Part shown: positions 17,708 to 30,900 of the stretch, in pieces | Layout of the letters: each line of letters starts with the position of its first letter | Numbering within the stretch: the stretch's first letter is position 1 | Source of the DNA: a virus | Length of the DNA stretch: 64,000 bases | Virus record (IMG/VR): IMGVR_UViG_3300025133_000086 | Span: 5,334 to 69,333 of that record | Strand: one strand, 5' to 3' | The notes under the pieces: generated by a model | Databases searched by the model: none | Told to the model about the DNA's origin: nothing | What the model saw: only the letters and a program-made list of their open reading frames with translations | Translations under genes and position numbers: made by a program

Positions 17708-20275
17708 ATGGCTGGTAATAAATTTGATAATATAGCTAAGAGTTTAGCAGAGCAAGAAGCTTTACAAAATAAGGTAAACAACAGTGCTGCTGAGTATATT
17801 AAAACTATTAAGGAGATTGGTCTTTTAGAGCAGAATCTAACCAAACTAAAGAAAAATCAAGCTGAGATGGATGCTGATGCTGTTAAAGCGGCTGAGGATA
17901 AAACGAAGGCTCAGGAGGAGTATAATGAAGCGGTAGAATCTGGTAATGATGAGCAGATTTCAGCAGCTAAGAAGAAGCTTGCCGCTGCTAAAAAAGAAGA
18001 AAAATCGGCAGCTAGTATAGCTAGTTATAATCAAAAACAAACAAAACAATTAAGTCAACAGCTTGCCCAACAGAAACAAATTGTTAAGCAAGCTAATTTA
18101 GCTAATATGGCCTATAAAAAGGCTGGTCAGATTTGGAATAATCTACCTGGTTTAGCACAAAAGTTCTATGGTACAATAAAGAACTTAGCCGCCGTTCAAA
18201 TGTCTAAAGATATTAAGCAAGCGGAGTTAAGTATGGGTGTTCTTGGGGGGCAGGCAAAATTCTTTTCAGGAACAATATCAAAAGCTTCAGAATCAACAAT
18301 TCAACTTGGTGTTGGTGTAAGTGATTTAGCTAAAGGTGCCGCTGGATATTCTGATGAACTTGGTAGGTCTGTTATGTTGTCTGAAGCTGGTTATAAGGCT
18401 ATGGCTGAAATGGCAAAGGGGACTACTTTGGGTATGCAGGGTGCTGCTCAAATGGCTGGTGATATGGACCGATTTGGTTTAAGTGCTGAGATGTCTAGAG
18501 ATGCAATACAAGAAACAGTTGATGTTGCACATAGTATGGGTGTTAACGCTGAAAAGGCGATAAAGGGTCTTGGTAAGAATCTTAAAATTGCCAATACATT
18601 TCACTTTAAGGGTGGTGTAAAGGGTATGGCTGAAATGGCAGTTTATGCTGAAAAGATGAAGGTTGATATTGGTTCTGTTGCTGGTATGGCTGGTAAGGTG
18701 TTTAGACCAGAGGGTGCTGTTGAAATGGCGGCACAACTACAAACAATGGGTGGTTCATTTGCGAGATTAGGTAATCCATTTGAGTTAATGTTTAAAGCTA
18801 GAAATGACTTTGGTGCGTTTACAAAGGAGGTTGCTGGTGCGGCTGCTGAACTTGCACAGTTTAATGAGGATAGTGGGGAGTTTGAAATAAGTGGGCTACA
18901 ATTAGATAGAATGAGGGAGCTTGCAAAGATAACTGGTATAAATGAGGAGCAATTATCTGAAATGGCAAAAGCTGGTGCTAGATTTAATGAGATTGAATCA
19001 ATGGTACCTAGTGCATTTAATGAGGAAGATAAACAATTAATATCATCTCTTGCATCAAAAAAGGATGGTGAATGGCAGGTTCAGATAAATGGTGATGACT
19101 TTCGTCTAGATGAGTTATCAACAACAATGCTTGACACTTATAAGAATGAAAAAGAATCTCTAGAAGAAAGGGCTAAACAAGCGCAGACTTTTGATGATGC
19201 TTTTAATAATTTAATTAACCAATTTCAATCAGTACTGTTACCGTTTGTTGAGGCATTAAATACTGCCTTAGTTGAACCTATAGCTGGATTACAAGAAGTT
19301 CTTAAAGACGCAAATGTATTAGCTAATATTAAATCATTAGCTGAAAAGGTTGGAAGTTTAATCGGTTCGATTGGTAAATTTATTATTGAGAATCCAGTAG
19401 CCTCTTTAGTTACAGCATTAGGTGGTAGTATATTTTTTAATGCTGCAAAATGGTATGCTCAAGGTGTTCAATTGGGTATGGGTTTTAATACTGTTGCAAG
19501 TGCTGGTGGTGGTGGTATGATGGATATGGTTGGTAAAAATAGTAAACTTGGGAAGATTAAGAGACTGCATAAAGTAGCTAAAGGTGCTAAAAGTGTAGCG
19601 GCTTTAAACTCTGCAAAGGGATTGGCCGCCAAATCTGCTGGAAAAATGGTTGGTAGGTTTGGTGCGCCATTAGCTGCACTTACCGAAGGTGTGTTTGAGT
19701 ATAACAAACGGAAAGAAGAGGGTCAATCAACCGCTAAATCTGTTCGTGGTGCAGGTGTAAAGGGTGTGGGCGCTGGGGTTGGTGCTTTAGCTGGCGCTAA
19801 AGGTGGTGCAATGGCTGGTGCGGCAATAGGCGCACTATTTGGTGGGGTTGGTGCAGTACCAGGTGCTTTCATAGGTGGTTTGATAGGTAGTGTTGGTGGA
19901 GCTTTCGCTGGTGGTTATCTTGGGGATAAAGCTAACGAAGGTATCGATGCCATGGGTGTAGACGATGCAGTAATTAGGTTTAACCCAAAAGATAGAATTG
20001 TACAAATGAATGATGGTCTTGTTGCGTCAACAGATAAGGGTAAAATTAATGATTTAGTTGGTGGTGGTAGAACTAAAAAAGTTAAAGTTAAGTTTGATAA
20101 GCTTGAAATCGGTGGTAAGATAGAGTTAAATATGCCTGGTGGTAATGTAGCTAATATTAATTTAGCAAACGAGCCAGAATTTGTTAGAAAATTATCAACA
20201 ATGATACAAGAACAGCTAAGAAGTAACCTTGCTGGCGGTAAATTATCACCAAATCCGATACCAAACTACGGATAA
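17708..20275 (+). CDS. Tape measure protein
   Basis: 855 aa, Ala/Gly-rich helical sequence with N-terminal coiled coil and a glycine zipper (GALAGAKGGAMAGAAIGALFGGVG); position after the chaperones. Confidence 0.85.
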   Translation: MAGNKFDNIAKSLAEQEALQNKVNNSAAEYIKTIKEIGLLEQNLTKLKKNQAEMDADAVKAAEDKTKAQEEYNEAVESGNDEQISAAKKKLAAAKKEEKSAASIASYNQKQTKQLSQQLAQQKQIVKQANLANMAYKKAGQIWNNLPGLAQKFYGTIKNLAAVQMSKDIKQAELSMGVLGGQAKFFSGTISKASESTIQLGVGVSDLAKGAAGYSDELGRSVMLSEAGYKAMAEMAKGTTLGMQGAAQMAGDMDRFGLSAEMSRDAIQETVDVAHSMGVNAEKAIKGLGKNLKIANTFHFKGGVKGMAEMAVYAEKMKVDIGSVAGMAGKVFRPEGAVEMAAQLQTMGGSFARLGNPFELMFKARNDFGAFTKEVAGAAAELAQFNEDSGEFEISGLQLDRMRELAKITGINEEQLSEMAKAGARFNEIESMVPSAFNEEDKQLISSLASKKDGEWQVQINGDDFRLDELSTTMLDTYKNEKESLEERAKQAQTFDDAFNNLINQFQSVLLPFVEALNTALVEPIAGLQEVLKDANVLANIKSLAEKVGSLIGSIGKFIIENPVASLVTALGGSIFFNAAKWYAQGVQLGMGFNTVASAGGGGMMDMVGKNSKLGKIKRLHKVAKGAKSVAALNSAKGLAAKSAGKMVGRFGAPLAALTEGVFEYNKRKEEGQSTAKSVRGAGVKGVGAGVGALAGAKGGAMAGAAIGALFGGVGAVPGAFIGGLIGSVGGAFAGGYLGDKANEGIDAMGVDDAVIRFNPKDRIVQMNDGLVASTDKGKINDLVGGGRTKKVKVKFDKLEIGGKIELNMPGGNVANINLANEPEFVRKLSTMIQEQLRSNLAGGKLSPNPIPNYG

Positions 20276-20340
20276 TCAACTTTTTTTCGTGAAAGACTTG
20301 ACTTTTGGTGAAATGTATTGTTAATTTGTACTATCTCAAC

Positions 20341-20420
20341 GGGGGGATAAGGGGGGCCAACCTAAATATACTATATATAATATATAAATAATTATAATAT
20401 ACTATATATAATATATAAAT
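20341..20420. repeat. G6-ATAA-G6 followed by two 25-bp AT-rich direct repeats (origin-like)
   Basis: ggggggataagggggg at 20341-20356; aatatactatatataatatataaat at 20365-20389 and 20396-20420. Confidence 0.85.
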
Positions 20421-20520
20421 TATTAATATATACTTTTTTATTTTGTTTGGTAATATATTCTAACCATAGGTAGTTTTAGTTTTCAATGATTAAACTATTT
20501 ATAGGAAAGAATAAGGTTAA

Positions 20521-23500
20521 ATGGATATTAGTAGTTTATCACCAAACATCAGAGAAAGTTTACTCGCAAGAAATATCATTTCAGATACCGTTGAAGAAAA
20601 CGGTCTTTCAGGACTGTTATTTGACATAGGTAACTTAGCAGGTATCTCAAACGGAACGCCAAATGTTAGACCTTCGGATAACTTAGAAGACATTGGTGAT
20701 TTATATAAAGACTTATTAATTATCAATAATAGGTATCAAGGGGAATTAAGTGATTACCAAAGAATATCCATTGTAACCACACCTAACCAATTTGAAGACG
20801 CTGACATATATAATACAAGTCCAGAGCCAGCAAATAGTCCAATAATTCAAAATAGTGAGCTAAGTAAGGAGTTCAACGCTCTTAAGAATAAATATCAAGG
20901 GTTACTACAGAATAATACAACCATATCGTTGGTTACATACCAACCCAGTGAAGAAACTTTCATTAATTATGATTATGGTTTAGCTGATTTAGGTTCAAGT
21001 GAGGATTCAAAAGAGTATCGTAAAGACATTACAACTAAGAATAAATATTTAGATTTTGAAGCCCAAATATTATCAGACATTATTACAACACCAATTGTTA
21101 CGGATAAGAATTTACCAAACTATGCTGAAAGAATGTCTGGTATTGTGGGTGGTGGAGCCTCTAATAACGCCTCTAGCGTAATAGATAACCTTTTAGGTGG
21201 TGTAGTACCAAATTACTCAGTTAGCGGCACAGACCCTCTATTTGACGTTACAAGCCTTTTAGGTGGTGGTAGAAGTCCTGATACACCAGAAACACCATTA
21301 GGTGTCATTGGTGCTGATAGGTTGGGTTTTGCGATAAGACAGAATGCCGCTTTTAACTTAATTGAGGAGACAATAGGTAATGTTAACACTAATCCAATTA
21401 GTTTATTACAAGGTGACAGCTTTATAGTACCAAATTATAGTATTACAGTTGCCAAAGGTGGGGGTGGTGCTGTATTGGACTTTGCGGAAAGGATACTTGG
21501 GTTTCAAACACCAGTAAGCCTTTTATCTACAACATCTTCAATATTCTCTTCTGAAAATCCAGTTGCTAATATTGAGAGGGGTAACAGTATGATTGAGAAT
21601 ACTGGAAAGGGTCAAGTTGAGGCATTATTTTTCAATTTACGTCAGAATTTACTAAGTTCTAACGATATGAAAAGTGGTTACGCACCAGGTTTTGTTGACC
21701 CAAGAAATCCAAACGGTGGTATAAATGCTAATATATATGCATTTTTTATTGGTGGTTCAGTTATAGACATTGAAAACGGTCCAGATAATAACCCTATATC
21801 ACAAAGTAGCTATAAACTTGATGGTATGGTTAAAGATTCTGGATTCCAAACCTTAGCTGATAAAAGTTATGCTGTTGATAATCGAGAGGGTGGTACTGAA
21901 ACAATACCGTTTACTTGGGGTGCATTTTCAGACAATGGAAACTCAAGCGTACATGATGTGCTTGGCGCTGTACAAGCACCTTCAAAGTTTGATAAGAAGT
22001 CGATATTAGGTAAAACTCAACAACTGTTTAATACTGGTGATAAAATGAAAACAATGGTTAACAAAACTTTTATCCAACAAGATAAATCTGAGGTTAATTC
22101 AGCTGTTGTTAATAGTGAAGGTGTTAGTTATACATCTAGAGGTAGTAATAAAATTAAATTTAATGGTATTAACGCCGAAACCAACCCTGAAAACATGTTT
22201 TTTAGGAATTTCAATTCGTCAAGACGATATGATAGGGTAAATAGATTACAAAAACATAGTGGTATATTAGATAATGCTGGTACAAATGAAAGGAGAAATG
22301 TAGATAAATCAGTATTAGAAGATACTGGTTTCGTTAAGATAGGTCCAGATAATGGTGAGAAATACTCATACGTTATGGGGGATAAACCAGTTAAAAAATA
22401 CATGTTTTCTATAGAAAACTTAGCATGGGATGGTTATTCACAAAATTTAATTCCAGAAGAGATTGGTAACGGTGACCCGATTAGTGGTAAAAGAGGTAGA
22501 ATAATGTGGTTTCCACCTTATGAAATGGCTTTTACCGATAACACATCTGTTAACTGGGAAAAAACCGATTTTATTGGTAGAGGTGAACCAATCTATACAT
22601 ACAACAATACAACAAGAAATGGTACATTACAGTTTAAAATAATTATTGACCACCCATCATACCTTAATAGTTTAAAGGGTGAAAGTGATGAATTAATAAG
22701 TTCATTTTTTGCAGGGGGCTTTGAGGTTGACGATAGAGTAAGGTCTAGGTTATCAGCAAATGAAGTTCAAGCTGTTGAGATAGAGATGAATCAGAACATA
22801 AGGGACGAAAATAATACACCACAAACAGAACCTGAAAGTTTTGAATTTTATTTTCCATACGGTGATAGTGTTTTGAGTAGTATAACATTCAATGGTTATG
22901 AAAATGGTTTAACTGGTACTACCGATATTGATTATAACGAAAACCCACAAGGTCTTAATGCTGGATTAGGTGATTATGAAGATGATGATGGTACCATACG
23001 TATTGATAACACTAACTATGGTTTAAATAAAGGTAAAGCTGAGGAGTCATTTGCCACTACGTTATCAGATGCTATGTACCAATGCTCAGCTTGTAAAGTA
23101 ATAATAACCTATTACGGTGCTGCTGGTGAATCTGATTTTACTAGAACAACTAGAGGTAGTACAGTTCAGAGATGGTTCAAAAATGATATTATAACATATG
23201 ACGGTAACGATATCGGTTATGACAGTAAGGGTAATGAGGTCAGTTTTCAAAGATATGAAGTTAAAGACGGTGGTGCTATACCAGTACAATTAGTAGATAC
23301 GTCAGGGTTCCCATTACCAACAGCAATGAGAAATATTAAAGAAGCCACAAAGGTTAGTGTTGAATTTAAATGGGATGCAAAAATAGCCGAATTAATGAAC
23401 CCTAATAAGGTTGAACCAGAGTTAGAGGAAATAGAATTTAACTTAGAGAGGGGTATTAAAACTAGATGGTATCAAGAAGCTATGTATTTTAAGAAATTAG

Positions 23501-24582
23501 AGCAAGAAGATAAGTTTACTTATAATTCTATAAGTGAAAAGATTGGTCATTTTCACCCAGCATTCCATTCAATAACACCTGAAGGTTTCAATAGTCGACT
23601 TACATTCCTACAACAATGTACAAGACAAGGACCGACAAACTTTTTTACTGATGAGCAAGGTAATAATATTACAAACCTAAATAACGTCAGTAACGCTAAA
23701 AAGAATTGTAGACCTGACAATTTAGCTTTTGGTAAACCACCAGTGTGTATTTTAAGGGTCGGTGATTTCTATCACACTAAAATTGTTATTGACTCAATGA
23801 ATTACAGTTTCGACCCATTGGTTTGGGATTTGAATCCAGAAGGTGTTGGTGTACAACCAATGATATGTACCGTAGATATTAATTTTGGGTTTATAGGTGG
23901 GTCAAGCCTTAGTGGACCAATTAATAGGTTACAAAATGCTGTTTCTTACAACTTCTTTGCTAACACAGAGGTGTATAGTCCACAATCAGATGTTATTGTC
24001 GGAGAATACCCTAATAAGGATTTATCCAGAGGGGAATATCCAACAACGTTAATAAAAGATAAAACCCAACCCGCAGATAGTGACGGTGTTGGTACTGATA
24101 ACACCACTAATTCACCAGACACAGACCAAGTAAACCAAGCAGATACAGAAACTGGAGCTAATAACCCACCAGTAAGTGATTCAACAGAACAGGGTGATAT
24201 TGAAAGATTAACTATTAGTCGTGCTTTTTGGGATGGTAATACTTTAAACTTTGCGATAACTAGAGTTGAGGATACCACGGATAATGATGCGTTATCAAAA
24301 GACTACCAGATTTCAGTAAGGGTTGACGATAGTGATATTGTAACTATCCCTAGTGCTGTGGCAAGTATGGATTATGCTAAACAAGGGTTAGATAGTGTTA
24401 ATTTAGTTGAAAACTATGTATTAGAAATAACATCGGTTGAAGATTCTATTTTTCCTAATAACACCCTTTCTTCAATTTTAATTGTTAGTGAATTACCAGA
24501 TAATATTATAACTTCTTTAAGAAAACTAACAGTTACTTTAGATGGTATTTCCACACCACTAACCTCAAATATAACAATCTAA
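20521..24582 (+). CDS. Large baseplate protein with tail-tube initiator (gp48/gp54/GpU-like) domain
   Basis: FTDNTSVNWEKTDFIGRGEPIYTY...TLQFKII and PPVCILRVGDFYHTKIVIDSMNYSF...PMICTVDINF; lies between tape measure and LysM genes. Confidence 0.6.
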   Translation: MDISSLSPNIRESLLARNIISDTVEENGLSGLLFDIGNLAGISNGTPNVRPSDNLEDIGDLYKDLLIINNRYQGELSDYQRISIVTTPNQFEDADIYNTSPEPANSPIIQNSELSKEFNALKNKYQGLLQNNTTISLVTYQPSEETFINYDYGLADLGSSEDSKEYRKDITTKNKYLDFEAQILSDIITTPIVTDKNLPNYAERMSGIVGGGASNNASSVIDNLLGGVVPNYSVSGTDPLFDVTSLLGGGRSPDTPETPLGVIGADRLGFAIRQNAAFNLIEETIGNVNTNPISLLQGDSFIVPNYSITVAKGGGGAVLDFAERILGFQTPVSLLSTTSSIFSSENPVANIERGNSMIENTGKGQVEALFFNLRQNLLSSNDMKSGYAPGFVDPRNPNGGINANIYAFFIGGSVIDIENGPDNNPISQSSYKLDGMVKDSGFQTLADKSYAVDNREGGTETIPFTWGAFSDNGNSSVHDVLGAVQAPSKFDKKSILGKTQQLFNTGDKMKTMVNKTFIQQDKSEVNSAVVNSEGVSYTSRGSNKIKFNGINAETNPENMFFRNFNSSRRYDRVNRLQKHSGILDNAGTNERRNVDKSVLEDTGFVKIGPDNGEKYSYVMGDKPVKKYMFSIENLAWDGYSQNLIPEEIGNGDPISGKRGRIMWFPPYEMAFTDNTSVNWEKTDFIGRGEPIYTYNNTTRNGTLQFKIIIDHPSYLNSLKGESDELISSFFAGGFEVDDRVRSRLSANEVQAVEIEMNQNIRDENNTPQTEPESFEFYFPYGDSVLSSITFNGYENGLTGTTDIDYNENPQGLNAGLGDYEDDDGTIRIDNTNYGLNKGKAEESFATTLSDAMYQCSACKVIITYYGAAGESDFTRTTRGSTVQRWFKNDIITYDGNDIGYDSKGNEVSFQRYEVKDGGAIPVQLVDTSGFPLPTAMRNIKEATKVSVEFKWDAKIAELMNPNKVEPELEEIEFNLERGIKTRWYQEAMYFKKLEQEDKFTYNSISEKIGHFHPAFHSITPEGFNSRLTFLQQCTRQGPTNFFTDEQGNNITNLNNVSNAKKNCRPDNLAFGKPPVCILRVGDFYHTKIVIDSMNYSFDPLVWDLNPEGVGVQPMICTVDINFGFIGGSSLSGPINRLQNAVSYNFFANTEVYSPQSDVIVGEYPNKDLSRGEYPTTLIKDKTQPADSDGVGTDNTTNSPDTDQVNQADTETGANNPPVSDSTEQGDIERLTISRAFWDGNTLNFAITRVEDTTDNDALSKDYQISVRVDDSDIVTIPSAVASMDYAKQGLDSVNLVENYVLEITSVEDSIFPNNTLSSILIVSELPDNIITSLRKLTVTLDGISTPLTSNITI

Positions 24583-24596
24583 TAATTTTAAAATTA

Positions 24597-24917
24597 ATGG
24601 CTTATTTTGATAGATACGAGAAGTTCAAAATTAATGGTACCGTTAAACCAATACCAGGTATAAAAATACCTATTGCTGGTACAGATAAACAAGTTTTATA
24701 TAAAGCTGGTGAAACAAGGCTTGACAAATTGAGTCAAATGTATTATGATAATGGTTATCATGGGTTTTTAATAATGGCGGCAAACCCACAATACGGGGGT
24801 ATGGAATTTGACATTAAAGATAGAGACGTTATTAGAGTTCCATTTCCATTTGACAGTGCTATTGAAAGGTACCTTGCTGCGTATAATACTTATATAAATC
24901 TTTATGGTTTAACTTAA
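24597..24917 (+). CDS. LysM-like baseplate protein (gp53/GpX-like)
   Basis: RLDKLSQMYYDNG..GFLIMAANP...IRVP. Confidence 0.8.
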   Translation: MAYFDRYEKFKINGTVKPIPGIKIPIAGTDKQVLYKAGETRLDKLSQMYYDNGYHGFLIMAANPQYGGMEFDIKDRDVIRVPFPFDSAIERYLAAYNTYINLYGLT

Positions 24918-24928
24918 ACTGTGCATTA

Positions 24929-27900
24929 ATGGCTACCAACTCTAGAATTTTATATGTTGACCCTAATAATATAAATGGTGATGCAATAACTAATATACCA
25001 ATTAAAAATGAGGACCTATCTATATTTGTTGAATTAACCACTAGTAAAAAATCTAGAAGCGTTATTAAGGATGGTACGCAGTTTAATGACAATGGTATTG
25101 ATAGTAAGGTAAGTTTTATATCTGGAAGTCAATCTGGGCCTAATAAATGTGATAAGTCACTAACAACTAGCTATACTGATATAAATACTACATTCCAAAA
25201 GGACGAGGACCTAGAAGGTTTTGGTATGACCGCAATAGATATATCGTTTGATACCGCTTATACTCCATTAGTTAAAATAAAATTTATTGACGTCAGGGGT
25301 GGTATGATGTCTAAAGGTAAGGACTCAAAATATGGCGTATTCTTTGAGTTACCATACCCTACCTTTTCGTTAGTTATTAAGGGTTATTACGGACCAGCCG
25401 TTAATTACTGTTTACATCTGGTAAAGTGGAACGCCAACTTCAACTCACAGACTGGTAACTTTGAAATTGACGCTGAATTTATTGGTTATACTTACGCTAT
25501 GTTAACTGATTTATTAATTGGTTATATGAGAGCTATACCATTAACTAGTATTGGTAGTAAGGTATTCAAACAGGTTAAAGAAGAATACGACAAAGAAACG
25601 GGTGATATATCAAACGGTAATCAACTAGTTACGATTGGTGATATGTTGAATACCATTGCTACGTTAATAGCTCAATTACCAACAATCAAAAACAATAGTG
25701 ATAGTTTTAATACAGTTAAAGATATTGATAAAGACATTAAAATACTAAAACAGATAAAGGGTATACATGGTGACTTTATTAGATTATTAAAAAAAGCTGG
25801 AAATGGTGATAATAAACTTCAAGGTGATGACACTTATAGTGTTATCTTATCACAAGACGGTGTTAAGGATTTAATTAACGCACGAAATACTGAGATTAAA
25901 GCGTTAATTTCCGAGTTAAACGATGATGGTTCAATAGAGGATTATTATGATAAAATAATAATAACTACTAAATTAGAATACGATAAGGTTAAAGAAAAAA
26001 ATGAAGACAGTAAAAATTACCTATTTAGTGCGACAACAACGAATGTCGACAAATACGTTAAAGGTGAACCTAGATTAACCGATATATTAGACAAATTGAG
26101 TAATGCAAAAGACCAAGATAAGTATAAAAACGGGTTTTATGTTTATGATTATATAAGGTTTATTAATAAACTTAATGACCATTTAAGTATTATTGATGTT
26201 ACTAGAAAAGAGAAACTGCAAGAATTTTCCGATAATATTAGGCAGTTGTCAAAGACAAAATATAATTTTGACCCAACGGTAAAAAATATTTTTAGAATAT
26301 TAGTGGGGGGTGCTGAGACATATCTTAGGTCGATTAATACTGTATCTACCCAAGCTGAGAGTAGTTCAGACCGAACATCTGAATTATCTAAATTAATATC
26401 AAACAGGGCTTTGAATGTAAAATCCTTTTCTGATATATATGGGTTTCCAGAATATAATGAAGACGGTGAAGAAAAATGGTTAGGTACTGTTGTTGATGAG
26501 AATAAAGTTATTGAGGTAAAATTTGTTAACGAGTTACTTGACTCTTTAATCGAGAGTCAAAAGCAAGATGAAGAACAAACCCAGAGGCTCAATAAGGATT
26601 CGGCGTGGTATTGTGTCGGAACTGTTGACACACCTGTTGGTGATGACAGAAGACTGGTTCAGAATCCATATAGGAATTTAATTGGCCCAAGTGAACATCC
26701 ACATTCAGTAATGAGACTTTTAATGTATCGAATGTATACTTATTTAGGTTTTGGTACAGATTTAATAACGGATGACACTGTAAAGTATATGGCTAAATTT
26801 GAAGCTAATAATATGTTTTATGGTGTGGTAAAAAAAGACAGTAGAGATTCAATATACACCAATTTTGACACAAAGGATAAAATACTTACACACTTCCAAG
26901 AAGGGTCAGGTGAAATACCTAATTGGACTGGAAAACCAAAAGATAGCGATTTTAAAAAGGTGCCATATGTTGTTAAACACGCTGGTGGTTTATGGAAATA
27001 CGATTATATAAGTAAACCACCTACTGTAGCAAATAATGAAAATTATGGTGCTAGACAATATATACCGATAAATAATAATTATGATGGTAAAATATTTAGA
27101 ACCAGTGGTATTAGTAGACTTAAGAGTGCTGATGAACTAAAATCTAGTGTTTTATTAGATAGTAAACTATTATATATTAGTAATTTTATAAATGGTAACA
27201 CCCCATTATACACTGGGGGTACAAGTGATGCTTCTTTAGAAAAACTAGATGATGGGGCTAACTATCTTGAGATACTTAAATCAGAAGATTATACTTCTTA
27301 TAGTTTTAACCTACCCAATGAAAACACTAAGACCGTTAAGGATAGCTATAGAGAGTCAATACCAGAGGATAAATCAATCGAGCAAAAAGTTATCGCTGGT
27401 AGAAATAAGAAATTAGATAAAATAGACCCACTAAAAACAAAATTTTATGTACCACTATTTGATACTGATGTTGCACCTGGTGGTGTTAATGAAGATGAGG
27501 ATATAAGAGATGTTGATGGTACTAATGACATCTCCCAAGTATTCTATTCAAAGACCGAAAAGGGTACTCGTTTATCCCTACTTGATATTGAGAATGGTAA
27601 ACTATCTAATTTTGGTCAAAATATGAGGTTATATTCACAATCACTTAAAGGTGATGATGTTATTATAACAAAGCCAGAATTTAATCTTTCAACAAAAGTA
27701 GCGTGGCCAGCGGTTGGTCATAATGAAACTATATACAAGAAAACATCAAATGCTGGTGATTTTGATATCAATACACTATCACTGTTTTCATCACCATTTT
27801 ACTACGCACAAAATGCTACAGTATCTAACACAATTCTATGTCAAGGTTACCTATTTCTTAACACATTACCGTTAAGAGGTATTGTTGGTGACTATGATAA

Positions 27901-30900
27901 TAAGAATCCTAATTTATTTGATACATTATTTGATGGTAATGACGACCACCGAAGTAGTACAACATTACAAGGGTTATTCACCAAAACGTCCGCATTTATA
28001 AAAACGCCATCATTATGGATAGCTTGGGTTGGGTCAATACTATGGAGATATGAATACTACGTTAATAAAAATGAAGACCCTATTGTTACAAAGGGGTTTT
28101 TATCTGGCTCAACGGTTAGTCCGCTGTTAGATGTGGATACATACCCGACACCGTTTGAACTATGGAACAATACAGAAGAGGGGTGGTTCACTTCTGAAAA
28201 GGGTAAACCACCAATGTATCTATCCAATACAGACGAAAAAACAGTCTATAAAAAAGTTGACAGGACACTATTAGGTTTACCTGAGAGTGTTAAAGGTCGG
28301 TTCATGTCATTTTTTATTGATTGGTGTGAGAAAAAATTTGAAGAGTTTAAATCAAAAGCCCAAATATTTAATGATGATATTGTACCAGAGACAAATGATG
28401 GTGTAGCAGTATTCGATACTTGGCAATCAAGCTGGAATGCGGTTAAATTACTCACACCAAAACGGAATAATGTGCCGAATCACCATCTACTATCCTCTAA
28501 TTTTTCTGGTTTCACCACAAGTAATGGTCAATTAGTTGGTTACAACGGTACCACTGAAATAAATACAAGTATATCGATTAATCCGTCATGTGAGGGTAAT
28601 ATAATTAATTTATACCCAGTAATATTTAACGCACAACCACAATTGTGTTGGTATGTTTATAATCAAGAGGTTAACGTATCGTTACTCACAACCTATAAAC
28701 GACTAATTAATGATGTATCGATAATCGCTAACAACACACCAAACATATGGAGAAGACGTGCTATAAAATATAAACGGGAACCATTTACTATATATGACCA
28801 AAAAATTGGTATATTCTTAGAGTCATTTACCGAGGAATATAAAAGACTATATGATGATTCGGCTGATAAGTCAAAAGACGATGGTGATGTTAAAAATGGT
28901 ATATTCAATAGTAAAAACAACGAGTTTATTAAACTTAATATCTATCGACATTTAAGTACCATAAGAAATAAATGGTTGGGTGAGGTTGACTCTGATAGTA
29001 GCATGTTCTACCCATGTGGTTATGATGCGGAAAGTAACTTATTTAGTAGGTTTAAATTCTTAGATAAGGGATTTAATGATATTGGTGACGACTTTTTATT
29101 AAACGCAAGTGTAATTTCTGACCTAATAAAAAAAACACCAAACCAGAGTTTTTACGATTTGATTAGTAATATACTAGCAAACAATAATTTTAATTTTATA
29201 GCGCTACCAACATTTGTTGATTTTACAACTGAGGAGGGGTTAGGTAATATTTTTAAACCTAGGTCTTATGTTGACATGGTTACTAACGATAACAATACAA
29301 CCATTGGACCATCATTTATATGTACATATGTTGGTCAAAACTCTTCACATTTAGATGTTTCGGGTTCTGATTTCCCAGATGATGGTGTATCTAGTTTAAA
29401 CCCTAACTGTTCTACCTTTACAAAAAATAAACTATTCAGTAAACCAGATGGTAATAATATACCAGTATTTGAGGTAAACTATGGACAACAGAACCAGAGC
29501 TTTTTCAAAGATGTTAATTTAGACCAAAGAGAATTTGTTGAGACTCAAGAATCTTTAATTATAATTGATGAGTTGAGTCGAACTGGTAAAGATAACAAAG
29601 CACCGTTCCAATCTCAAAACCTATTCAATGTATACCAAACTAGAAGCTATAGTGCTGAGATTGAGGCTATGGGTATGCCTTTGATACAACCAATGATGTA
29701 TTTTCAGCTGAATAATGTACCAATGTTTAGGGGTGCATATCTAATACTATCAACTTCGCATAATATAAAACCTAACCATATGACCACTAAATTTAAGGGT
29801 GTTAGGATTAAAGAAATTAATACACCATTAACTAAAGAGGTATTAGCACTTAAAGACTTAGCTTTAACTGAAACTGGTGACGCTGATTCATTGAGGTATG
29901 ATGTCGACACTAATAGTGCAAATAGAAGTAATGTTGCTGGCAACTCAAATATGTATCTTGGTGACTACGAAAGTATATACTGGTATAATTACAAAGGGAC
30001 TATAAAAAAATACGCCTTTGCTAATTCGGAGTTTGATAAACCATCAAACACTAAAAAGAACGGGGCCTATATGACCTATAACGAAATCTTTGATGAGGTG
30101 GGTAAGCTTACAGGTACCGACCCGATAATACTAAAAGTGTTCTCAGTTATCGAAAGTCGAGTGGGTCAAGATAAGGGTAAAGCACCTGGTATGAATGGTT
30201 TAGGATACGTTGGTGTATTTCAATTTGGTGTTCTAGCATCAAAAGACGTTTATAGTAAATTAAATGATTACATATTTAATAAGATGCCAGACCTATCGAG
30301 TTATGAGTTTTCTGCATCAGTCGATACAACAAATAAAACTGTTTTAATACCTAATGAACAGTCAACAAATGCTACGATAAACAACGTAACCAAGAACTCA
30401 TTTTTTGATGATTATATAAATTCTATTGCCGCTATTTTATTAGCCCAAAGGAATATAGGTACTGTTTTAGGTACAGACCCAGAGACAATTAGGGATATAT
30501 ATTTTGCACACCAACAAGGGCGTGGTGGTGCTAAAACTATACTTAATAATGTACTAACTGATATTAATGACGGGTCGAAAACGTCAGGGAATATGCTAGG
30601 AAATAAACCATCAATTAAACCTGATGATATTATTTTAACTAATTATGGTTCATGGATTGCTGGTTGGAGTGGTGTTGTCGACAAAATCTATGAGGAAATT
30701 ACTGGTACATATACACCGTCATTAATTGATTCACCACACCCTAATGCTGATAATTTAAGGAAAACAATCGCGTCCCTAGGTTATACTGAAAAAGGTGGTG
30801 AATTAAGCAGTGGTGGTGACATATCTGCTAACATGGAAAAGTACGCCTCAGCTATCCTTACTAAGATACACCAACTATACCCAGATTACGGTATTAAAGT

